The position numbers and the translations under genes are program-made. The notes beneath the pieces were generated by a model that was not told where the DNA came from, did no database searches, and saw nothing but the letters and a program-made list of their open reading frames with translations. A DNA stretch of 64,000 nucleotides from an uncultured Candidatus Binatia bacterium. Lineage in GTDB: Bacteria; Desulfobacterota; Binatia; UBA9968; JAJDTQ01. The stretch lies in contig OZ244070.1 in NCBI GenBank assembly GCA_965215605.1, forward strand, positions 1,728,001 through 1,792,000, given 5' to 3'. Positions 41,989 to 53,973 of the stretch are shown piece by piece (the stretch's first letter is position 1; the number at the start of each line of letters is the position of its first letter).

Positions 41989-43065
41989 CTACGCGGCGCC
42001 GGTCAACCGGTCACCGGACAGGGCGTGCACCATGCGGCCCACCGAGATGGCGCCCACGGTCTTGCCCTTTACGTCCACCACCGCGGCATTGTCGTGCGGC
42101 GACGCCACCACCCGAGGCAATGCATCCTCCAGCAGCATCTCCGAAGGAATGGAGCAATCCTTGCCGGCCGGCTCCAGCGCGCGGGGCTCCTGCCCGTGGG
42201 GCTGGGTGGGCTCCATGATGGAGCCTACGCGGATCACCCGGCCGCGGTTGATGTTCTTGGTGAAGTTGGAGATGTAGTCGTCGCTGGGCTTCAGGACGAT
42301 CTCCTGGGAGTCGCCGTTCTGGACCACCTCGCCGTCGCGAAGGATGGCGATGCGGTCCCCCAGGGTGATGGCCTCTTCGAGGTCGTGGGTGACGAACAGG
42401 ATGGTGCGGTTGAGCTCCTGCTGAAGCTCCAGCAACAGCGTCTGCATGTCCGTGCGGATCAACGGGTCGAGGGCGCTGAAGGCCTCGTCCATCAGCAGAA
42501 TCTCCGCCTCCGTGGCCAGCGCCCGGGCGAGGCCCACGCGCTGCTGCATGCCGCCGGAGAGATGGTGCGGATAGGACGCCTCGTAGCCCGAGAGTCCGAC
42601 CCGCTCGATCCACCGCTCGGCCCGGGTATCGCATTCCAACCGCGCCACCCCCTGCATCTGCAGACCGTACCGCACGTTCTCCAGGATGGTCCGGTGGGGG
42701 AACAGCGCGAAGCGCTGAAACACCATGCTGACCTTGTGCCGCCGCAGGTGCTGCAGCGCGGCCTGATCCAGGCCGAGCACGTCCTGGCCGTCCACCAGCA
42801 CGGTCCCCTCGGTGGGGTCGATGAGCCGGTTGACGTGCCGCACCAGTGTGGACTTGCCGCAGCCGCTGAGCCCCATCACTACCTGGATGCTGCCCGGCTT
42901 GACCGTCAGGTTGATGTCCCGCAGCCCCAGCACGTGGCCGTGGGACTCCAGGAGTTCCTGCTTGTCCACGCCCTCCCGCACAAGGGGCATCACCGACGGG
43001 GGATCGTCGCCGAAGATCTTGTAGAGGGAATGGATTTCAATATTCGAAGCGCTTACCGTGGTCAT
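41989..43065 (-). CDS. proV: Glycine betaine/proline ABC transporter ATP-binding protein
   Basis: IHSLYKIFG, MGLSGCGKST, LSGGMQQRVGLARAL, MDEAFSALDPLIR; ATG 43065 overlaps the proW stop. Confidence 0.92.
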   Translation of the reverse strand: MTTVSASNIEIHSLYKIFGDDPPSVMPLVREGVDKQELLESHGHVLGLRDINLTVKPGSIQVVMGLSGCGKSTLVRHVNRLIDPTEGTVLVDGQDVLGLDQAALQHLRRHKVSMVFQRFALFPHRTILENVRYGLQMQGVARLECDTRAERWIERVGLSGYEASYPHHLSGGMQQRVGLARALATEAEILLMDEAFSALDPLIRTDMQTLLLELQQELNRTILFVTHDLEEAITLGDRIAILRDGEVVQNGDSQEIVLKPSDDYISNFTKNINRGRVIRVGSIMEPTQPHGQEPRALEPAGKDCSIPSEMLLEDALPRVVASPHDNAAVVDVKGKTVGAISVGRMVHALSGDRLTGAA

Positions 43066-43952
43066 GACGTCTGCCTGCTGCTTTGTATGCGCCTGCCGTA
43101 GCTCTGGGTGATGCGGTCGAACACGATGGCAAGCGCCACCACGGCCGCTCCGTTGAAGAGGCCGAGGGCGAAGTACTGGTTGGTCACCGCCTGGAGCACG
43201 GGTTGGCCCAGGCCCTTGACGCCGATCATGGAGGCGATGACCACCATGGACAGCGCCATCATGATGGTCTGGTTGACGCCGGCCATGATGTTGGGAAGCG
43301 CCAGCGGCATCTGGATGTCGAACAGCCGGCGCCAGGTATCCGTGCCGAAGGCGTCCGCCGCCTCCAGCACCTCCTTGTCCACCAGCCGGATCCCCAGGTT
43401 GGTGAGCCGGATGACCGGCGGCACGGCATAGATCACAACCGCGATCAGCCCCGGGATCTTGCCGAGGCCGAACAGCATCACCACCGGGATCAGGTAGACG
43501 AAGATGGGCATGGTCTGCATGATGTCCAGCACCGGAGTGATCAGCGCCTGAACCCGGTCGGAGCGGGACATCCCGATGCCAACCGGAATGCCGATGGCGA
43601 TGGCGATCAGCGTGGACACGAAGATGATCGCCAGGGTCCGCATGGTGTCTTCCCACATGCCCAGATAGCCGATGAGAAAGAGCGACACGGCCACGAAGAT
43701 GGAGAGCCGCCGGCTGCGACCGGCCACGTAGCACACTCCGGCCACCGCTATGATCACGGCCCACCAGGGGGTGGAAAGAAGAAAGCGTTCGAACCACACC
43801 AGGAAGTACAGAAGCGGGTCGAAAAAGCCTTCGATGGCGTCGCCGTAACTCCTGGAAAACGACCGGTACCCGGAGTCGAAAGCCTTCTTGAGGGTGCGTA
43901 GCGAGGCTTCGTCGAGGGTCGGAAATTCCCGCAGCCAACCGGTCATGAACAT
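43062..43952 (-). CDS. proW: Glycine betaine/proline ABC transporter permease
   Basis: PVLDIMQTMPIFVYLIP, IRLTNLGIR, AGVNQTIMMALSMVVIASMIG. Confidence 0.92.
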   Translation of the reverse strand: MFMTGWLREFPTLDEASLRTLKKAFDSGYRSFSRSYGDAIEGFFDPLLYFLVWFERFLLSTPWWAVIIAVAGVCYVAGRSRRLSIFVAVSLFLIGYLGMWEDTMRTLAIIFVSTLIAIAIGIPVGIGMSRSDRVQALITPVLDIMQTMPIFVYLIPVVMLFGLGKIPGLIAVVIYAVPPVIRLTNLGIRLVDKEVLEAADAFGTDTWRRLFDIQMPLALPNIMAGVNQTIMMALSMVVIASMIGVKGLGQPVLQAVTNQYFALGLFNGAAVVALAIVFDRITQSYGRRIQSSRQTS

Positions 43953-43964
43953 CTCCTTTCCGGC

Positions 43965-46655
43965 CTACGCGTGGGCCTCCGCCCAGTTGTCCCCGGTGTG
44001 CACGTCCACCACCAGGCCGCAGCGCAGCGCGGCGGCGCCTTGCATGCACTCCGTGACGAGGCTCGTGGCCCGGTCCAGCGAGGACCGGGGGACCTCGAAG
44101 ACCAGCTCGTCGTGGACGGTGAGCAGCATCCGCGCCACCGGCTCTTCCAGGAGCGCGTGGTGCACCGCGATCATCGCCCGCTTCATGATGTCGGCCGCGG
44201 TGCCCTGGATCGGGGCGTTGAGGGCCATGCGTTCCCCGACTGCCCGCAGGCGGTAGTTGGCGGACTGGAGCTCCGGCAGATAGCGCCGGCGGCCGAACAG
44301 CGTGGTGGTGAAACCGTCCACCCGGGCCTTCTCCACCTGCGAATCGAGAAACGCCTTCACCGCCGGGAACTGCGCGTAGTAGGCATCGATGAACTCACGG
44401 GCCTCGCCCACCTCGATGCCGAGCCGCTGGGAGACCCCGAACGCGGACATGCCGTAAGCGATGCCGTAGGAGAACTGCTTGACGCGCCCGCGCATCTCCG
44501 AGGTCACGTCCGGCAGGTCCACCCCGAACACCTTGGCGGCGGTGGCGGCGTGGAAGTCGTGGCCTTGGGCGAACGCGGCCAGGAAGCTCTGGTCCTCGGA
44601 CAGGTGCGCCAGCACCCGCAGCTCGATCTGGGAATAGTCGGCGGAAAGCAACACGTTGCCCGGAGGCGCCACGAAGGCGCGCCGGATCTGCCGGCCGAGG
44701 TCGGCCCGGATCGGGATGTTCTGGAGATTCGGGGCGGAGGACGACAGCCGCCCGGTGGCGGCCGCGGCCTGCTCGTAGGTGGTGTGGATCCGCCCCGTAT
44801 CCGCGTTCACGAGGCTCAGCAGGGAGTCGGTGAACCCGGTCCTCAGCTTGGCCACCTCGCGGTACTCCAGCAGCGCGTCGATGATGGGATGGCGGCCGGC
44901 CAGCTTGCCCAGCTCGGCGGCGTCGGTGGAGTAGCCGGTCTTGATCTTCTTGGTCTTGGGAAGCTCGAGCTTCTCGAACAGGATGCGCGACAACTGCGGG
45001 TGGGAGTTCACGTTGAAGGCCTCCCCGGCATGCTCCTGGACCTTGGCCTGGAGCGCGTCCATGCGCTCCCCCAGTTCCTGGTTGAGCCTGCCGAGATAGC
45101 CGTCGTCCACCAGGATGCCGGCATGCTCCATGCCGGCCAGCACCTCGGTCAGCGGGAACTCCAGCGTTTGCGCCAGCTCCCAACTGCCGGCCTCCTTGAG
45201 GCGCGCCTCCAGCACCGGCGCCAAGGCCTGCACCGCCGCCGCCTCGGCCGCCAGCCCGCGCCGGCGGGCGGCCTCCGGCCGGTCCTCGTCGCCGGGGTTC
45301 AGGAGGTCGCCTTGAGGGCTGCCGTCCGCCCCCTCCGCCGCTTCGCCGTCCAGCTCCGCGTCCAGGTGCCGGCGCACGATGTCCTTGAGCGCGTAGCCGC
45401 CGCTGGCTCCCGGGTCCAACAGGTAGGCCGCGATCTTGAGGTCGCAACGCACGCCCCGCAACCGCGACCCGCGCCGGATCATGGCGCCGCACAGCGGCTT
45501 GGCCTCGTAAACCGCCTTGACGGCGCCCTCGGCCGCCAGCACCTCGCCCGGCCGCGCGGCCAGCTCGAACGGCAGCACGCCCACTTCCCCGGGCCGCGCG
45601 CAGAAGGCCGCCATGCCGTCGTCCCAGGCCACCGCCACGCACTCGGCCGCGGGGATGTCCGCGCCCGAGTTCCAGCGCGAGATGGACGACGGCCGGATGA
45701 CCGCCTCCGCCGCCGGTGCCGCGTCCGGGGCCAGCGCCAGGAGGCGCTGGTACAGCGTCCTGAACTCGAACGAAGTGAACAGCTTCCGCACGGTCTCTGG
45801 ATCCCAGGGCTGGCGCACGAACAGCCCGTCGCCGGCCTCCAGCGGCACGTCGTCCAGGAGCCGCCCCAGGGTGCGGTTGAGCTTCACCTGATCGCCGCAC
45901 TCCTCGATGCCCTTGCGGATCTTGGGGGTGAGCTCGGCGGCGTGCTCGATGATGCCCTCGATGTCGCCGTACTCCTTGAGGAGCCTGGCCGCCGTCTTGT
46001 CGCCCACGCCGGGCACGCCGGGAAGGTTGTCGGCCTGCTCGCCCTTGAGGGCGGCGAAGTCGGTCCAACGGTCGGGGCCGACGCCGTAGCGCTCCATCAC
46101 CATGGCCGGGTCGTAGCGGATCATGTCGGTGACGCCCTTGCGGGTCATCAGCACGGTGACGTCGTCGTTCACCAGTTGGAGGCAGTCGCGGTCGCCGCTG
46201 ACGATCACCATGTGGTGACCCGCCTCCCGGCCGCGCCGGGCCAGCGTGGCCAGCAGATCGTCGGCCTCGTAGCCTTCCAGCTCCACCACCGGGATGCGCA
46301 GCGTCTCCAGCAACTCGCGGATGAGAGGAAACTGCTGCCGGAGGGTCTCGGGGGTCTCGCTACGGCCCGCCTTGTACTCCGGATACTGGTCCAGGCGGAA
46401 CTGCGGCGCGCCCTTGTCCATGCACGCGATGACCGCGTCCGGACGCTCCTCGCCTTCCAGCTTGATGAGCATCGAGGTGAACCCGAACACCGCGTTGGTC
46501 ACCTGGCCGGCGCTCGTGGTCAGAGTCTCCGGCAGGGCGAAGAAGGCACGGAACGCGAGGGAGTACCCGTCCAGCAGCACGACCCGGCTCTTCCCGCGGC
46601 CGGCGTCGGACGCGCGGGGTTCCGGCCCTCCAGATCTGTCACCATTCGCCGCCAT
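43965..46655 (-). CDS. polA: DNA polymerase I
   Basis: LLDGYSLAFRAFFA 5'-exonuclease, TGRLSS..PNLQNIP, ADYSQIELR, NAPIQGTAAD, VHDELVFE. Confidence 0.98.
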   Translation of the reverse strand: MAANGDRSGGPEPRASDAGRGKSRVVLLDGYSLAFRAFFALPETLTTSAGQVTNAVFGFTSMLIKLEGEERPDAVIACMDKGAPQFRLDQYPEYKAGRSETPETLRQQFPLIRELLETLRIPVVELEGYEADDLLATLARRGREAGHHMVIVSGDRDCLQLVNDDVTVLMTRKGVTDMIRYDPAMVMERYGVGPDRWTDFAALKGEQADNLPGVPGVGDKTAARLLKEYGDIEGIIEHAAELTPKIRKGIEECGDQVKLNRTLGRLLDDVPLEAGDGLFVRQPWDPETVRKLFTSFEFRTLYQRLLALAPDAAPAAEAVIRPSSISRWNSGADIPAAECVAVAWDDGMAAFCARPGEVGVLPFELAARPGEVLAAEGAVKAVYEAKPLCGAMIRRGSRLRGVRCDLKIAAYLLDPGASGGYALKDIVRRHLDAELDGEAAEGADGSPQGDLLNPGDEDRPEAARRRGLAAEAAAVQALAPVLEARLKEAGSWELAQTLEFPLTEVLAGMEHAGILVDDGYLGRLNQELGERMDALQAKVQEHAGEAFNVNSHPQLSRILFEKLELPKTKKIKTGYSTDAAELGKLAGRHPIIDALLEYREVAKLRTGFTDSLLSLVNADTGRIHTTYEQAAAATGRLSSSAPNLQNIPIRADLGRQIRRAFVAPPGNVLLSADYSQIELRVLAHLSEDQSFLAAFAQGHDFHAATAAKVFGVDLPDVTSEMRGRVKQFSYGIAYGMSAFGVSQRLGIEVGEAREFIDAYYAQFPAVKAFLDSQVEKARVDGFTTTLFGRRRYLPELQSANYRLRAVGERMALNAPIQGTAADIMKRAMIAVHHALLEEPVARMLLTVHDELVFEVPRSSLDRATSLVTECMQGAAALRCGLVVDVHTGDNWAEAHA

Positions 46656-46856
46656 CGGACAAGTCTACTCTGGCCCCCGGAGCAGGGTCAACAGACGACC
46701 CCTCCCGTCGCAGGCCGGAAGTCCGCGCGCTCCGTCACCCCGTCACCGCCGGAGCCGGCGGCGGCCAACCAGGCGATCTGTGTGCTCTCGAAGATGTTCG
46801 TGCTGGCCGAAGGTCCTGGCTTTTTCAATCAGCCTTTCAGTTCCAGCTGTGACACT

Positions 46857-47040
46857 TCATGCCACCGTCCCGAGACCGTTCTTCGCCACCAGCGTAAGGA
46901 GCTTCAGCGAAGCGCCGCGCGGACGCTTCTGACCGCGCTCCCACTGGCTTACCAAGCCTGTTGTCACGTTGAGGTGACGCGCAAACACCGCGTGGCTCGC
47001 ATTCTCGCTCAGCTCCACGGCCAAACGGAACGGATACCGG
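46857..47040 (-). pseudogene. Truncated XRE/HigA-type HTH regulator remnant
   Basis: ENASHAVFARHLNVTTGLVSQWERGQKRPRGASLKLLTLVAKNGL; N-terminal part absent. Confidence 0.65.
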
Positions 47041-47061
47041 TTCGGGGTCAGAAAATGATTT

Positions 47062-48792
<1,731 letters not shown>

Positions 48793-48874
48793 CTCCCGCC
48801 GCCTGGCGGCGCGCCGGTTGAGTTTAGGCGTTTTCCGCGTTACGGGGAAGGTTGACCGACCCGTTTGCCCCGTC

Positions 48875-49618
48875 ATGATGGTTTCCAAATACCCTTCCGC
48901 CCGGCGCGCGGTGGTGATCCGGCACGTCGCCTTCGAGGATCTGGGCTCGTTCGCGGAACCCCTCGCGCGGCACGGGTACCGGGTGCACTACGTCGAGGCC
49001 GGCGTGGACGACCTCGACGGCCCCGAGGTCCGCGGCGCCGATCTGCTCATCGTCCTCGGCGGCCCCATCGGCGCCGGCGACGAACGGCAATATCCCTTCC
49101 TGGCCGACGAGCTCCGCCTGCTGGAACGGCGCCTGGGAGACGACCGGCCGACCCTGGGCATCTGTCTGGGAAGCCAGCTCATGGCCCGGGCCCTGGGCGA
49201 GCGCGTGTTCGCCGCCGGCCGCAAGGAAATCGGCTGGGCTCCCCTGTCCCTCACCGACGCGGGGCGCGCCTCGGCCCTGCAGCGCCTGGCGCCGGAGAAG
49301 ACCGCCGTGCTCCACTGGCATGGCGACACCTTCGACCTGCCGCGGGGCGCCGTCCACCTGGCCGCCACCCCGGCGTGCGAGAACCAGGCTTTTCTCTGCG
49401 GCGCCCGCGGGCTGGCGCTCCAGTTTCATCCGGAGGCCACCCCGGCCGGGCTCGAACGCTGGTTCATCGGCCACACGCTGGAGATCGAGACCACACCCGG
49501 GATCTCGGTGGAGCAACTCCGCGAATCCACGCGCCGCTTCGGGCCCGCCCTGCTGACGCAGGGCCCGGCTTTCCTGATCGAATGGCTCGCACAGGCCTGC
49601 GGCGCCGCGCGGGACTGA
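48875..49618 (+). CDS. Class I glutamine amidotransferase (GMP synthase-like)
   Basis: RHVAFEDLGS, VLGGPIG, LGICLGSQL, WHGDTF, QFHPE. Confidence 0.9.
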   Translation: MMVSKYPSARRAVVIRHVAFEDLGSFAEPLARHGYRVHYVEAGVDDLDGPEVRGADLLIVLGGPIGAGDERQYPFLADELRLLERRLGDDRPTLGICLGSQLMARALGERVFAAGRKEIGWAPLSLTDAGRASALQRLAPEKTAVLHWHGDTFDLPRGAVHLAATPACENQAFLCGARGLALQFHPEATPAGLERWFIGHTLEIETTPGISVEQLRESTRRFGPALLTQGPAFLIEWLAQACGAARD

Positions 49619-49629
49619 CAGCGCCGCCT

Positions 49630-50547
49630 CTACTGCCGGATCTCCTCTAGTTCCTGCCGGGTATCGATGTCCTTGGCAAAAGAACGGATGGGCGTAACCA
49701 CCATGGCGACGGGATGAGCCGTCCGCGGGGTGGTCCCCGGCACCATGACCTGGCGTGCCAGCTCGGCGGCAAGCTCGGGAACGGTGAGGCTTCCCCGGCA
49801 GTACCTGAAATAGGTCCGGAAGATGCCGTACGGCGCGGCCACGACGCGCCCCGGCCACCGCAACGAAGCCGCCTTCCGGATGTCGTCCGCCAGCCACAGG
49901 CCCAGGACCCGGAGCGTGATGCGCACCGTGCGTTCGTAGACGCTGCGGTTGCGGAAGCGATAGGCCAGCATCAGGAACCGGTTGAACCAATCGAGGCGAA
50001 CGGCCCCGGACCGCAGGACCAGGAGATGACCCGGATAGAGGTTCAGCGACGGCTCGTCGGGCGCAGGCCGCATGCGATAGCTGGGCTTCCAGCTACTGGC
50101 GCCCATCTCCGCCGGCTCGGCCGCGATGAGCTGCCACCAAAGACCGCTGTCGGCGTAGGGTTGGTACGACCCGTCAAGCAGCTCCCGGAACTCCGCTCCG
50201 GTGGGAAGGATGTCGCAGGCGGAAACCGCCACCGGCCGGTCCGCGTAGCGCCGGGTCATGAGCCCGGTGAAAGCGGTGATGGTGGAGAGGAGGTCGCCGC
50301 TGGTGTCCAAGATCTCGCAGTCCACCAGGTCGCCGTAGACCCGTCGCGGCCCCACCAGCACCGGGGTCTCGAACCGGCCGCTTTCACGGACCCGCTGGAC
50401 CAGTTCGGCCGCGATGCACCGTCCGGACGGCAACCGCACCGCGCCCTTGAAACCGCGCAGCATCTCGTCGGCGGTGAACCCGTCGGGTATCGTTTCCAGT
50501 CGATCGTTGCCACCCGCCAGAATAATTATCGGCAACAAGTCGCTCAT
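49630..50547 (-). CDS. Hypothetical protein, MobA/NTP-transferase-like
   Basis: N-terminal IIILAGG...K, central ACDILP, C-terminal KDIDT. Confidence 0.6.
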   Translation of the reverse strand: MSDLLPIIILAGGNDRLETIPDGFTADEMLRGFKGAVRLPSGRCIAAELVQRVRESGRFETPVLVGPRRVYGDLVDCEILDTSGDLLSTITAFTGLMTRRYADRPVAVSACDILPTGAEFRELLDGSYQPYADSGLWWQLIAAEPAEMGASSWKPSYRMRPAPDEPSLNLYPGHLLVLRSGAVRLDWFNRFLMLAYRFRNRSVYERTVRITLRVLGLWLADDIRKAASLRWPGRVVAAPYGIFRTYFRYCRGSLTVPELAAELARQVMVPGTTPRTAHPVAMVVTPIRSFAKDIDTRQELEEIRQ

Positions 50548-50627
50548 CCCCGTCCTGCTCCCACTGCTTCCGTTGGGTGGCAGCCCCGCTCTGACAGCAT
50601 GCCGGCCCCGGGGACCGGTGCTCCGTG

Positions 50628-50685
50628 AAGTGTATACCAGGGTGGTGTCTCACGTATGGGCGAGACACCACCCTAGTATGCACTT
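50628..50685. repeat. 24-bp inverted repeat with a 10-nt loop
   Basis: aagtgtataccagggtggtgtctc-acgtatgggc-gagacaccaccctagtatgcactt (22/24 match). Confidence 0.85.
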
Positions 50686-50827
50686 GTCTGGCGTCGCTCT
50701 CAACCTTCTTCCGCTGTTCTCGGCGGGGCGGTCGCTTTGAAAAACGTCTCCGAACTGTTACTCAAAAGGATATAGCCGCGTGACGCCGGAACCCAAGGCG
50801 ACGCGGGGTAGACCGAATGCCCGGAAC

Positions 50828-51019
50828 ATGATGACGACCTCCGTCAAGTGCCCTGTTTGCCAGACCGAAACCTCGTGGACCGGAAACCCTTACCGGCCCT
50901 TCTGTTCCCGACGCTGCCACATCGTCGACCTCGGCGCCTGGGTAGACGGCACGTACCGCATTGCCGGGGAAGATGTGGAACCGGAGTCCGTGCCGGCCGA
51001 CGAAACCGACCGTCAATGA
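50828..51019 (+). CDS. yacG: DNA gyrase inhibitor YacG
   Basis: VKCPVC...RPFCSRRCHIVDLGAW. Confidence 0.92.
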   Translation: MMTTSVKCPVCQTETSWTGNPYRPFCSRRCHIVDLGAWVDGTYRIAGEDVEPESVPADETDRQ

Positions 51020-51115
51020 AACAGGAGTCCTTACGCGACAGGGCCGTGTGGTGGGCCACGCCGCTCGAGCCGAGGCCCGCGCGACGCTAGCGGCCCGTAC
51101 TTCGGGAAATCCTGC

Positions 51116-51916
51116 ATGTCGATACATCCCACAGCCGTGGTGGACCCGCGGGCGGAAATCCACGCCGAGGCCGTGATCGGTCCCTACGCCGTGATCGACG
51201 GGCCCGGCAAGATCGGGGCGGGGACCCGTGTCATGCCCCACGCGGTGTTGCTGGGCTGGACGGAGATCGGCGAAGGAAACCGGATCCATAGCGGAGCGGT
51301 GCTAGGCGACGCGCCGCAGGACGTCTCCTACCGCGGCGCACGTTCGTATCTGCGGATCGGCGACCGCAACGTCTTCCGGGAAGGCGTCCAGGTGCACCGG
51401 GGCACCACCGAGGATTCCGCCACCGTCATCGGCAACGACAACTTCCTGATGGCCAACTCCCACGTGGCGCACAACTGCCGCATCGGTGATCGCATGATCC
51501 TCACCAACAATGCGGTATTGGGGGGCTACGTCGAGGTCGGCGACCGCGTGGTCCTCTCGGCAAGCTGTGCGGTACACCAGTTCGTCCGTCTGGGGCGGTT
51601 GGCCATCATGCGGGGACTGAGCGCCACCAGCCGGGACGTGCCGCCGTTTTCCATCATCGACTGGCAGCACACGGTGCGCGGGTTGAACGTGGTCGGCCTG
51701 CGGCGGGCCGGCTTCGACGAACCCAGGATCCGGGTCCTGAAAAACGCCTTCCAGATTCTCTTCCGGAAGCGGCGGAACCTCACCGCGGCGGTGAAGGAGC
51801 TCGAGGCGGCCGCCGGGGAGTCGTCGGAAGACGTGCGGGAGTTGCTGGACTTCATCCGTTCATCGAAGCGCGGCGTTTGCGCCGGGCCCAAAAGCCATCC
51901 TCGGGGAAGAACCTAG
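51116..51916 (+). CDS. lpxA: UDP-N-acetylglucosamine acyltransferase
   Basis: IHPTAVVDP, hexapeptide repeats, GDAPQD, VHRGT, SHVAHNC, VHQF. Confidence 0.92.
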   Translation: MSIHPTAVVDPRAEIHAEAVIGPYAVIDGPGKIGAGTRVMPHAVLLGWTEIGEGNRIHSGAVLGDAPQDVSYRGARSYLRIGDRNVFREGVQVHRGTTEDSATVIGNDNFLMANSHVAHNCRIGDRMILTNNAVLGGYVEVGDRVVLSASCAVHQFVRLGRLAIMRGLSATSRDVPPFSIIDWQHTVRGLNVVGLRRAGFDEPRIRVLKNAFQILFRKRRNLTAAVKELEAAAGESSEDVRELLDFIRSSKRGVCAGPKSHPRGRT

Positions 51917-51957
51917 TCTCCTCCGCGCCTCTTCCCCTCCACTCGCGCCGGGCCGGG

Positions 51958-52689
51958 TCAGACCGGCCTCAGAAACCTGCCGAGACACCGCTGGATGTCG
52001 TCGTCGGAGAGCGGGAACAGGAACATCTCGTTCCTCATCCGGACGCGCTGCAGGCTGACGCGTTGGATCGCGCGCTTCATGGTCTTGAGGTCCCGCTTGC
52101 CGCGCACGGCCGCGGCCGCCTCCCGCGCCGCCTCGCGGTAGTGATTCTTTTCGTCCTGGTAGATGACCTCCATGGCCGCGGCGACCTTGCGCTCAAGGGG
52201 GCTGCCCTTGAGTTTGCGGCCCTCCCGGAACAACCGCGCGCCGCCGCCCTCCGTCACCAGCACTGCGGCTTTCTCCACCGCGGATCCCGACGCCACGTAG
52301 CTCCGCCGGAGATCGCCCAGCGCCTTTTCTTCTGGCAACTGGCTGGTGTCATCGGCGCCGATCTTGCGGCCGAGCAGGTATTCGAGGATGTCGGCCTGGA
52401 GCACATAGTGGTTGAACTCCTGCACCATCTGCTCCATCAGCCCGTGGTACTGGTGCCGATCGACGGTGCGGTCCACCTCCGGAAACATCTCGACCAGATT
52501 CGCCAGCTCCCGGTGAAGGCCGCTGAAGTAGCCGTCCACCGGATGCAACTCCTTCCATAGCTGGGCCTTGAGCCAGTAGACATGCTGCTCCCGAGCAGGC
52601 TTGCGGCGGAAGAACCGCCTGGCGATGGCCGCTTCGGTCTCCCAATAGGGAAAGGCGACGTCGATCAGGTATTGCTCTGTCTGTCTCAT
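51958..52689 (-). CDS. Ferritin-like (diiron carboxylate) domain protein
   Basis: Helical protein with paired ExxH motifs QEFNH and DEKNH plus extra Glu (WKE, TEGGG). Confidence 0.6.
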   Translation of the reverse strand: MRQTEQYLIDVAFPYWETEAAIARRFFRRKPAREQHVYWLKAQLWKELHPVDGYFSGLHRELANLVEMFPEVDRTVDRHQYHGLMEQMVQEFNHYVLQADILEYLLGRKIGADDTSQLPEEKALGDLRRSYVASGSAVEKAAVLVTEGGGARLFREGRKLKGSPLERKVAAAMEVIYQDEKNHYREAAREAAAAVRGKRDLKTMKRAIQRVSLQRVRMRNEMFLFPLSDDDIQRCLGRFLRPV

Positions 52690-52794
52690 TTCTCGAAAAC
52701 CTCCAACGGGACTCTTCACCGGGGGCGCGCCGCCCGCGGCCGCGGAATGGAGGGTTGTTCCCCCAACGCCCCATGTCATACTATGGGCTTCATC

Positions 52795-53529
52795 ATGTCC
52801 AAGACCGCCGGCATCATCATCATCGGCAACGAGGTCCTGTCCGGAAAGACCCAGGACATCAACTCGACTTTCCTATGCCGCGAACTGCGGCTGCTGGGCG
52901 TCGACGTGCAGCGGGTGACGGTGATCCCGGATGAGCGGGAACTGATCGGGCGCACCGCCGCCCGGTTCTCGGCCAAGTGGGACTTCGTCTTCACCACTGG
53001 CGGCGTCGGCCCGACTCACGACGACGTCACCATCGAAGGCATTGCCCACGGTTTCGGGGTACCCGCGGTGATCCATCCGCGGCTGGAAAGGCGCCTCTCC
53101 GAGCGCTACGGCGACGACCTCAACGAGGCGCGGCTGCGCATGGCCATGGTGCCGGAAGGCGCCGAGCTCCTGGCCGGCGGAGCGATGTTCGCGCCGGTGG
53201 TGCGGGTGAACAACGTCTACATCTTCGCCGGCGTGCCACGCATCCTGCAGGATCGCTTCAACGTCATCAAGGAGCGGTTCCGTGGGGCACCGTACCATCT
53301 CAGGAACATCTACATCCGGGACGGAGAGGGCGTCATTGCGGCGACGCTGAACGCGCTGCTGGAGCGCTTCCCGGATATTCTGCTGGGCTCCTATCCGGTC
53401 ATCGACAATCCGGAATACCGGGTGAAGGTAACCGTCGAGTCCAAGAGCGGCCACTATCTGAACGAAGCCGTGAACCGTCTCCTGCAAGACCTGCCGGCGG
53501 AAGCCGTCGTCCGGATCGAGGACGGCTAA
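52795..53529 (+). CDS. CinA-like N-terminal (molybdopterin-binding fold) protein
   Basis: IIIIGNEVLSGKTQDIN, TTGGVGPTHDDVT, AGVP, LGSYP. Confidence 0.88.
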   Translation: MSKTAGIIIIGNEVLSGKTQDINSTFLCRELRLLGVDVQRVTVIPDERELIGRTAARFSAKWDFVFTTGGVGPTHDDVTIEGIAHGFGVPAVIHPRLERRLSERYGDDLNEARLRMAMVPEGAELLAGGAMFAPVVRVNNVYIFAGVPRILQDRFNVIKERFRGAPYHLRNIYIRDGEGVIAATLNALLERFPDILLGSYPVIDNPEYRVKVTVESKSGHYLNEAVNRLLQDLPAEAVVRIEDG

Positions 53530-53972
53530 CCGCCCGTGGCGGGGGACTCGGTGAACCGCTGGCCGGTCTGGCTGCCGATCCAGATCTCGCCCCCTTCGTA
53601 GATCTCCTTCTTCCAGATGGGGACGCGCTTCTTGAGCTCGTCGATGGCGTAGCGGCAGGCCTTAAAGGCGTCGTCCCGATGCGGTGCCGACACGGCGATG
53701 GCCACGCTGGCCTCGCCGATGGGCACGTTGCCGGTGCGGTGGACGATGGCCATCCGGGTGATCCGCCACGCCGCCGCGGCTTCTTCCCCCAGACGGGCCA
53801 TTTCCTGCTCCGCCATGCCTGGATAGGCCTCGTAATCCAGCGAGACGATCGAGCGGCCTTCGTTGTTGTCCCGCGTGGTGCCAATGAACGCCGCTACCGC
53901 GCCGGCGCCGCGGTCGCCGGCGAAGGCCAGCAGCTCGCTCACATCGATGGGCTTGTCCGTAAGACGGTACAC
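53526..53972 (-). CDS. moaE: Molybdopterin synthase catalytic subunit
   Basis: GAVAAFIGTTR, LDYEAY, HRTG, SAPHR, LKKRVPIWKKE. Confidence 0.95.
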   Translation of the reverse strand: MYRLTDKPIDVSELLAFAGDRGAGAVAAFIGTTRDNNEGRSIVSLDYEAYPGMAEQEMARLGEEAAAAWRITRMAIVHRTGNVPIGEASVAIAVSAPHRDDAFKACRYAIDELKKRVPIWKKEIYEGGEIWIGSQTGQRFTESPATGG

Positions 53973-53973
53973 G

